Positions 7,967 to 15,011 of a stretch of DNA of 17,682 bases are shown here, piece after piece (position 1 is the first letter of the stretch; each line of letters begins with the position of its first letter). The notes beneath the pieces were generated by a model. That model was not told the origin of the DNA, made no database searches, and was given only the letters and a program-made list of their open reading frames with translations. The stretch comes from Candidatus Thorarchaeota archaeon (GTDB lineage Archaea; Asgardarchaeota; Thorarchaeia; Thorarchaeales; Thorarchaeaceae), in contig JBHLRQ010000069.1 of assembly GCA_048882385.1 (NCBI GenBank), positions 1 through 17,682 of the forward strand, in the 5' to 3' direction. Made by a program: the position numbers and the translations under genes.

Positions 7967-9593
7967 TTGCAGAACCACTCTCCTCACCTGCCCCACTGGT
8001 TGGCTCTCCAAACTCGAGATCGTCCAGTAATGAGAGTTGTCTAATGTCTTTCACCTTTATCCTACGTTTTTTCTCTCGGGCACTCACAACATCTGCGGCT
8101 GTGAGCTTCAACTCTGGATCCATATCATCAGAGGTTTCAGATGGTTCTTCCACTGAAGCATCACGAATCATATCGTGTAGCTCTTCTTCTTCTGCTGCAA
8201 TATTCTCCCCTGATCTGATATTCGTTGTTTCAGACTCATCTCCAAGATTTTGAGGTTCATCAGGAAATAAAGGTTCTTCTTCCGCTAGCTCCTTATCAAT
8301 CTCTTCGACTGCCTGTTTCATTGCTTGTTTGTTTAGCTGATCGTCAATTGCTTCTTTGATATCAGGTCTTAACGCTCCTACATGATATAGCGCATTGTTT
8401 AGCTCTGTGAGGTGTTTAACGGCTTCGTTGAAATCAATTCGTTTTGTCACATGTCCTGTGAGCCCAACATAAGAGAGCGCAAGTGGCTCTTCCTCTTCAA
8501 CACCTCCTAGATCCTCGAACAAACCTAGAAACTTTCTAAGTCCCTCATCAGCTGATCTTAGTGATATGGAATTTGAGGTGCTCGCAGGTGGAGATAACCT
8601 GACACATTCATCTAATACCGCACATGCTGCATTGACCGCTGCATCGACATCTCCCTTTTCCAGAGACCTTCCAGCAGCAGCTATCAATGGCGAAACCACA
8701 AAATTGAGGTCTCCAATCAGAATGAGCTTATCTTCATTATCGTTTATTGATTGTGAGATTCTTTCAGCATCTCCTATGCGGTCTAGTACATCCTGTTCGT
8801 TGGACATTGTAGTGACGAACCCATTGATTGAATTTCTTGAGGAGTGTATCAACCAACCTCCTAAAACTCCTGAAAGGGTACTTGTTATCAAAGGAAGGAT
8901 GAGAGATCCTGAACCTATAATTAGTACAGATAGAACTGCAGCAACTCCAATGATAAAACTAGCAATAGCTAGTACACCAAACCAGCCACGTGTCATTCCA
9001 CTTTCGAGTAGTGACCATTTTGCCGCAGTAATGCTCTCCTTGAGACTAGGTAATTTGGAACGCGCATCACTTCTTCTGATGAGTACAAACTCCTCAGGAG
9101 TAACAACACGACCAGTATCAGTCAACCAAGTGAGATCCATTGATGGTTTCGTGTCCTCCGTGATTACATAGACAGTACGTGTTTCATGGATTAATGACGT
9201 AGATTTTCCGGATATACCTCTCAGTAGAGGAAGACGCACACGACCCCAAGGTGTAAACACGGATTGATCTTGCATGAACTCCTCAAGCCCGACATCTCCA
9301 AGTACACGAGATAAAGTCCTGTTTATGCTTTCCAGAACTGCTGCTCTCATTGCTAGACCACTCTTACCAAATTCTGCTTCTCGAAGGTCTAGCACATATA
9401 CGATATCTACGTGAACACCTCGGGTTCCTGGAATTGATTCCATCCTTACTCCTAGTGTCAAGCCATTCGGATACTTTGTTGTAAAATGGCCAGTGACTTT
9501 CAATGCATCTGATATTTCGTGCGTTTTAGTTTCCGATTTTGTTTCTTCTAGGTCTTCCTCTGGTGATTTTTTCTCTCCCTTTACTAAGGTCAT
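7959..9593 (-). CDS. Membrane protein with two central TM helices, a helical domain and an acidic disordered tail
   Basis: TM segments WFGVLAIASFIIGVAAVLSVLIIG and LILPLITSTLSGVLGGWLI. E/D-rich C-terminus. ATGA overlap with the upstream helicase gene. Confidence 0.85.
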   Translation of the reverse strand: MTLVKGEKKSPEEDLEETKSETKTHEISDALKVTGHFTTKYPNGLTLGVRMESIPGTRGVHVDIVYVLDLREAEFGKSGLAMRAAVLESINRTLSRVLGDVGLEEFMQDQSVFTPWGRVRLPLLRGISGKSTSLIHETRTVYVITEDTKPSMDLTWLTDTGRVVTPEEFVLIRRSDARSKLPSLKESITAAKWSLLESGMTRGWFGVLAIASFIIGVAAVLSVLIIGSGSLILPLITSTLSGVLGGWLIHSSRNSINGFVTTMSNEQDVLDRIGDAERISQSINDNEDKLILIGDLNFVVSPLIAAAGRSLEKGDVDAAVNAACAVLDECVRLSPPASTSNSISLRSADEGLRKFLGLFEDLGGVEEEEPLALSYVGLTGHVTKRIDFNEAVKHLTELNNALYHVGALRPDIKEAIDDQLNKQAMKQAVEEIDKELAEEEPLFPDEPQNLGDESETTNIRSGENIAAEEEELHDMIRDASVEEPSETSDDMDPELKLTAADVVSAREKKRRIKVKDIRQLSLLDDLEFGEPTSGAGEESGSASV

Positions 9594-11785
9594 TTATCAT
9601 GCTCTCCTCTATTGTTAAGTCGAACCTCTATTTCTTCCAAAAAGCCTCTTGACATTCCAAGAACCTTCGAGAGACCTCCCAATTCAGCAATTACTGCAAT
9701 TGAATGAAGGAGCCATCTTGAAGATTCCAATAGCCCAAACATATCGCCCATGCTTATTCCGTTTTGGTCCGCAATCTGTTTCAATGGAATATTAGTCGTT
9801 ACCAGTGCAGCCAGCATGTTGTCAAACGAATCATCAAGACCACTTCCACTTTCAATTGATACCACATGTCGCAACAACCAGAGAAGTTGTCTGTTGTCCT
9901 CTATTGTTGGAAGTAGTGCCAGTATCTCTCGAACCGTTGGGATGCTAAGGTAAAGGCGATTGGTAGTTCTTCCAAGTCTTGTTGGTTTGAGCTTCCCATG
10001 CACGTTTCCCTCAACTAATCCAAGTCGTATTAATAGAGCCAATGGTGAGGTCTCTGATAATGCAAGCGGGATGACGTAATCTGCAAGTGTTCCTAATTCA
10101 CGAGATGCAACCATACCTAATGCCACAAGATGGTGACATAGTATGCCTCCTTCGGTCATTGGTTTTCCACATGAACACATAGCTCCCTCCGTGTTTCCGG
10201 ATTGTGAGAGTCTTGATGAAAACCTACAAGTGAACTGCCCTCCACCATAACCTGTGACAATTCCACCAATTACAGTATCATGTTGCTCACGAATCTTCGT
10301 TCCACCTAAAACTCCCTTGCGTGCGGACTGTATAGTTTCAGGAAGAGAATGCTTCTCGATTGCAGACTCAGCTGTTATTTCTCCAAGCTGAAGAACTCTC
10401 ATTGGAGATTGTCTATCTCTGATCGCACAGTGAACAAGATACGACTCTCCTAGGATACCATCCTCAATTTCCTCAACGGAGGCTGTACACATCATATCAA
10501 GGATCACGAGAAGTTGCTCAGCTAGAGCGCTTGGTTCTCCTAGTACACTGGAAACTGAATCGTATTTAGGTAGAAGTGATTCTTTACCAGTTTCATCGTC
10601 TGTTATAATATCGAAATAACGATTTTTGATCTTAACAGCCTCGCCAGTACTTCCAACGATAATGATTCCAAAGCCCACTTTGTCATGTCCTGGTCTTCCA
10701 GCACGACCAAGCATCTGATGTACATTGTTGCCAGAAAGAAGTCTTCGGTATTCCTGAGGTGATTTGACACTTGAGAGTACGACAGTTCTTGCAGGTAGAT
10801 TCATTCCAGCTGCCAATGTCGATGTTGCACAGATTAAACGGATGAGTCCCCTGTTGAATAATTTCTCAATCAATCTTCGAGTTTGATAATCTAATCCTGC
10901 ATGGTGATATGCGGTTCCATCATGAAGCAACGCTCTCATATCAGATGGGACATTCAGATTCGTGTTCTCAACAGATTTGAGTTCCAAATCCAATTGATCT
11001 TTCTCTCCAGATGAGAACTGACGACCTACATCCTCAGCTAACCGTAGAGCTTGAGCCTCAGCCTCTCTTCTTGTTCTACTGAACACGATTGCTTGAGCAT
11101 CACCTTGCACAGTTGTCATAACGAGATTCTTGATACTCTGATTTTTGTTGGTTGCAGAAATGACTCGACAGACCAATGGAACTGGTCTCTCATCTGACTC
11201 AACGAGTTCACACCCCATCCATTCTGCAAGCTCATCGGGAGAACCTACTGTGGCAGATAACGCAATTATTTGAACCTCAGGAATTTTGCGTTTCAGCCTG
11301 ATTAAGAGGCTCTCTAGTCGAGCTCCTCGTCCTGGCTCTGATATAGTCTGAATCTCATCGATCACTATTGTGCCCAGATTAGTGATCCAACTTGCATCAC
11401 GTCTGAATAGTGAGTCTGCTCTCTCATATGTTGTCACAAGGATATCATTCTCTGAGAGGTTTTCTCCTGCATTTTCGAAATCCCCAGTACTTAGTCCAAT
11501 TGTGACCCCAAACACCTCATACCTTTCTTTGAGGACTTGAGTTACTTGAACAGCTAGTGCTCGCAAAGGAACAAGGAACATGCCTTTTTCGCCCGCAGTC
11601 ACAGCCCTAAGGAGTCCCATCTCTCCCACAAGCGTTTTTCCACTTCCCGTTGGACTACATACCATGATGCTTTTTCCATCTAAGAGTCCCTTTTCGATTG
11701 CAGTGTTTTGGATGCCTCGTGGCTTGATTCCAATCTTGCCAACAATTTCCTCAACTTTTGATGAGACATCCACTGCAGTCATCAT
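9590..11785 (-). CDS. Ski2-like/Hel308-family SF2 helicase with an inserted SWIM zinc finger
   Basis: SPTGSGKT, DEIQ, SAT, HHAGL, ATSTLAAGMNLPA, QMLGRAGRP. SWIM motif CSC-x10-CHH. End of winged helix at PTRLGR...LYLS. Ratchet-like helix GDMFGLLESSRWLL. Confidence 0.9.
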   Translation of the reverse strand: MMTAVDVSSKVEEIVGKIGIKPRGIQNTAIEKGLLDGKSIMVCSPTGSGKTLVGEMGLLRAVTAGEKGMFLVPLRALAVQVTQVLKERYEVFGVTIGLSTGDFENAGENLSENDILVTTYERADSLFRRDASWITNLGTIVIDEIQTISEPGRGARLESLLIRLKRKIPEVQIIALSATVGSPDELAEWMGCELVESDERPVPLVCRVISATNKNQSIKNLVMTTVQGDAQAIVFSRTRREAEAQALRLAEDVGRQFSSGEKDQLDLELKSVENTNLNVPSDMRALLHDGTAYHHAGLDYQTRRLIEKLFNRGLIRLICATSTLAAGMNLPARTVVLSSVKSPQEYRRLLSGNNVHQMLGRAGRPGHDKVGFGIIIVGSTGEAVKIKNRYFDIITDDETGKESLLPKYDSVSSVLGEPSALAEQLLVILDMMCTASVEEIEDGILGESYLVHCAIRDRQSPMRVLQLGEITAESAIEKHSLPETIQSARKGVLGGTKIREQHDTVIGGIVTGYGGGQFTCRFSSRLSQSGNTEGAMCSCGKPMTEGGILCHHLVALGMVASRELGTLADYVIPLALSETSPLALLIRLGLVEGNVHGKLKPTRLGRTTNRLYLSIPTVREILALLPTIEDNRQLLWLLRHVVSIESGSGLDDSFDNMLAALVTTNIPLKQIADQNGISMGDMFGLLESSRWLLHSIAVIAELGGLSKVLGMSRGFLEEIEVRLNNRGEHDK

Positions 11786-14127
11786 GTACTAGCTATCTCC
11801 TCATTTGCTTGTTTCAGAGCCATACTTCCCTTCATTGTGATTCTGAAATTCGAATAGGAAACCCCACTGTGACTCTCGTGCCCTCTCAGAATCATACTGG
11901 CATGCTCGAGTCTAGCCAACACTCCCTCTACATCAGGATTCGATTCACTCCCATTGGCTATAACAAACCTGCGCACAGCCTCCTCAGTCAGAGGCTCATA
12001 CCTTTCAAGCAGTTTTAGAACTCTTACAGCAAGATCTTTACTTTCGCCTGCGACCCTGTCTATTAGAGTAAGTTCGTGCATGGACTGCTTCTGCGATTCT
12101 ATGGGTTTCAACTGATCAATACGCTGTGACAGTTCTTCATGCCCGCTTTCAATTTTGAATTCTGGAATTGGATCTAGCTTAATTGGTTGACAAGTTTCGG
12201 TGCCATCGTGAACAAGAAGAGCTGTTGAATCATCCATTATTCTCAAGAAAGATGATTCTCTAGGAGAAATTCTTGCCTTTGTGTGCATTCCTGTTGTGAT
12301 GACATTTAATCCTAGCAAGTCAGCCGCATAATGAATGTCAGCTGATTCTCTAAGTCTTAGTGAGATACACGCTGATAATACACCGATTGTTCCAGGACTC
12401 ATATCTGCAGGATGCTCCAATGTTAGAATCACAGGTCCTCGTATCTTCAAAGTCTTGAGTAACCTTTCAGAGAGTGCGTCATGTTTCATGTATCGTCTAT
12501 TTCGCACTCTCATATTCTCAGCTTCATCAAGAATAATCACTAGATTTGGATCTGAAACCAAACCTCCCAATTTCAAACAAAGAAGATTCCACGCGAAGCT
12601 GTCAAGACCAATTGAACCAAGTGACACAGAAACTATAGTTAGTGAAGGGTCAGTCAGTCTTCGAATCGGAACCGTCTGAGTACCATAGAATGCTCGAGCT
12701 CCAGGTCCAAGATGAAGCGAGCGGATTGCTTCCATGCCTGTTGCAGTTTTCTTTGAAATCTTTGGAGTCTGAGAATCCCTGCTATCGGGTGTCAAACTCG
12801 GATCTTCAAAATCTGGTGTTAAACGAATATCCGCGAGGGTCGCATTTCCCAGAGAAACTGCTCTTGACACAGCGACCTCCAGCTCTGCAGCACCTCTCAT
12901 ATCAAATCCTGATACTACTTCCAATCCGGAGATGAGCAAGGGGACGTACTCATTTCTGGGTATTCCTTCTGGATCAACTGGGTTCAGAACAAGGTCTCTA
13001 CCAAGTTCAAGATATACTGACGATTCCGATAGACCCGTTAGAGCTGCGCGAGTTTTGTGTTTTGTAATCAATAGAACACGTTTCTCAGCTTCAAGGAGTT
13101 TGTCTATCAGTAATGCCAGCACTCTTAATCTGGATTCCTCTGTTCCGCCACACACTAGAGTTCCAGTCAAAAGGTCCTGTTGTGACATACCCGCAGGTGG
13201 ACCAATCTGGAGGGTGTCTGGATTAAGCGTCACTCCCAATCTATAGTCATCTGGTCGAGCACGAATTGGAGCAATGAATTGACCTGGAATATTACTTCCA
13301 ACTTCAGCAGCTAATTCACTACGTAGCTGAACTAACCATTCTGACAACTCCGAACCTGCAGCGAAGAACCAACCAATCTGTCGATGTACTTGATGTTGCT
13401 TCATCCTTGAAAGTAGATTTCTCGGAGTGATCTCTTTCCATTCTTTCTCAGGAATTGCAGCTCTCACTGCAGAATCAAACGCACCAGTGTCAGTGATTTC
13501 TCGCATATGACCTACGATGGTCGTGTGTGATAGCCACAGCCCACTTCGTCTTCGGACATAAGCATCAAGGTCACCCTTTGATAATGCATTCAAATAACCC
13601 TCTAGAAGATCGGATATTTTCTCCTCATTCATAGCCCGGGTTATTTTCTCTGGTTTCATTGTTACTGTGAGACAAAAACCGAATGATGTATCTAGAGCTC
13701 TAACTAATGAACCAACATTACCCAATAAATTCGGACTTGCAAGTCCGAGGTCTAGACCTACTATGTAGCGAGTTCCATCCGTTCCTCTAAGCTCCATACT
13801 CTCAGAGTCAACCAGACAGGATAGGTCTCCTTCTTGGACCTCTTTCCATTCTTGAAGTAGACTGTTCATCTCTTTTGTTCCCCTAAGATTAGGTGAAGCG
13901 AGATGAATCAACAGAAGAACAATGGATGTGATTGTCAAAGAAACTGGAACATAGAAGCCAACTACGATTGCAAGTATTGATGCAAAAAGCAATCTAAATA
14001 GTGGGAATCCTACTCCTCTTTCCTCCCATCGGATGTCTATCCCTGTTGTTATGGTGCCTTTTGGTTCTGATAATTCTTCAAGAGGATCCACTTCAGGCTT
14101 CGTGCCCAAAATCAGACGTTTACCCAT
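11782..14127 (-). CDS. Membrane-anchored HerA/VirB4(FtsK)-superfamily ATPase-like protein with degenerate Walker A and C-terminal winged helix
   Basis: N-terminal TM hairpin. TLVCGGTEESR in place of GxTGxGKT. Also LVLNPVDP, Walker B LVIILDEAEN and VILTLEHPADM...ISLRL (HerA-type Q-x-P region). The wHTH-like end reads DVEGVLARLEHASMI...FRITMKG. Confidence 0.75.
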   Translation of the reverse strand: MGKRLILGTKPEVDPLEELSEPKGTITTGIDIRWEERGVGFPLFRLLFASILAIVVGFYVPVSLTITSIVLLLIHLASPNLRGTKEMNSLLQEWKEVQEGDLSCLVDSESMELRGTDGTRYIVGLDLGLASPNLLGNVGSLVRALDTSFGFCLTVTMKPEKITRAMNEEKISDLLEGYLNALSKGDLDAYVRRRSGLWLSHTTIVGHMREITDTGAFDSAVRAAIPEKEWKEITPRNLLSRMKQHQVHRQIGWFFAAGSELSEWLVQLRSELAAEVGSNIPGQFIAPIRARPDDYRLGVTLNPDTLQIGPPAGMSQQDLLTGTLVCGGTEESRLRVLALLIDKLLEAEKRVLLITKHKTRAALTGLSESSVYLELGRDLVLNPVDPEGIPRNEYVPLLISGLEVVSGFDMRGAAELEVAVSRAVSLGNATLADIRLTPDFEDPSLTPDSRDSQTPKISKKTATGMEAIRSLHLGPGARAFYGTQTVPIRRLTDPSLTIVSVSLGSIGLDSFAWNLLCLKLGGLVSDPNLVIILDEAENMRVRNRRYMKHDALSERLLKTLKIRGPVILTLEHPADMSPGTIGVLSACISLRLRESADIHYAADLLGLNVITTGMHTKARISPRESSFLRIMDDSTALLVHDGTETCQPIKLDPIPEFKIESGHEELSQRIDQLKPIESQKQSMHELTLIDRVAGESKDLAVRVLKLLERYEPLTEEAVRRFVIANGSESNPDVEGVLARLEHASMILRGHESHSGVSYSNFRITMKGSMALKQANEEIAST

Positions 14128-14425
14128 GCTCTACTTCCTCCTTCCTCATAATGAAATTCAGAGAATACCTCTGGAGCATGTTCAAGATCTTCCTAAGACG
14201 ATCTACGTATACAGGGTCTTCACCAGCTATCACAAGCGATCTATTGCCAGTCATCAGTAGCTCAGGCATGTTACCTAATGTTGGATTTCCATGTGCAACA
14301 AGTAACGGTGATCGTATGAGAATAGTCCATTTGTATCCGTGACCAAGTTCAAGAGACCTCATGATGTCTTCCGACTTGACACCGTTTGGTATTTCGAGGC
14401 TGTAACGCATCTCAGGTGGATGCAT
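14120..14425 (-). CDS. Small hypothetical protein (101 aa)
   Basis: ATG with GGAGGT at 14441-14436. Overlaps both neighbours (14 nt and 8 nt), as expected for a coupled operon gene. Confidence 0.8.
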   Translation of the reverse strand: MHPPEMRYSLEIPNGVKSEDIMRSLELGHGYKWTILIRSPLLVAHGNPTLGNMPELLMTGNRSLVIAGEDPVYVDRLRKILNMLQRYSLNFIMRKEEVEHG

Positions 14426-15011
14426 TGGTTACCAAACCTCCTGTATTTGCAATCAGAATGTCCTCTTTCTCAGCTGGCTCAACGGGCAGATGTGGATAGG
14501 CGGCTCTCATAGAACTCTCTAAGATCATGATGTCAGCAAGCATTAGGTTCGATAGTTTCTCCAATTTTATTCTAGTATTTGGCAGACGAAACGCACTTCT
14601 TCGGATCAGCATTCCAACCTTTGTCGATTCATTTCTGATTGGTCGATTTATGAAGAAGACAATAGTGCCACCTTCTTCATTCTCGAATCTTATATGCATG
14701 GCTTGCAAAACTTTCCTCGCTGAATGAGAAAGATCGATGCCAATTGGAACACTTCCAAGGAGTCTTGCAGCACATAGCTCTACCCTCCAAGGTCTGATAA
14801 TAGCAACAAATCTTCGTTGCTCATCCCATAGTACATTGGGAATATAGCTTGACTTGTATTCAAGAAACAACACTAAGACAAAGACCAGAACTCCGCCGCC
14901 TATCAGAATAATGCTTGTGAGATCATCAGGCGATAACCAGATTTTCAATAGTAGTGTAGTAGCGAATAGAGAAAGTGCAAGCAATTTGACTGGTATGTCT
15001 ATGAATTTCAA
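14412..15011 (-). CDS. Membrane protein (two N-terminal TM helices plus a soluble domain)
   Basis: TTG start in a TTGA overlap with the helicase stop, GGAGGG RBS at 15026-15021. Two hydrophobic helices in the first ~50 aa. Confidence 0.8.
   Translation of the reverse strand: MKFIDIPVKLLALSLFATTLLLKIWLSPDDLTSIILIGGGVLVFVLVLFLEYKSSYIPNVLWDEQRRFVAIIRPWRVELCAARLLGSVPIGIDLSHSARKVLQAMHIRFENEEGGTIVFFINRPIRNESTKVGMLIRRSAFRLPNTRIKLEKLSNLMLADIMILESSMRAAYPHLPVEPAEKEDILIANTGGLVTNAST

Noticed and set aside
7967-8011. Track start TTG 8011 for the RadB-like gene
   Set aside because: It would overlap the upstream gene by 53 nt. GTG 7966 has an RBS and fits the 8-nt overlap pattern seen elsewhere in the operon.
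8566-9171. 201-aa plus-strand ORF, along with the other short antisense or alternate-frame ORFs inside the operon
   Set aside because: They lie within well-supported minus-strand genes, are typically Ser-rich shadows, and show no motifs.
11782-14127. Pseudogene status for the Walker-A-less ATPase (and the second RecA paralog)
   Set aside because: Both frames are uninterrupted, full length, have RBSs and remain tightly joined to their neighbours, which fits retained non-catalytic function better than decay.
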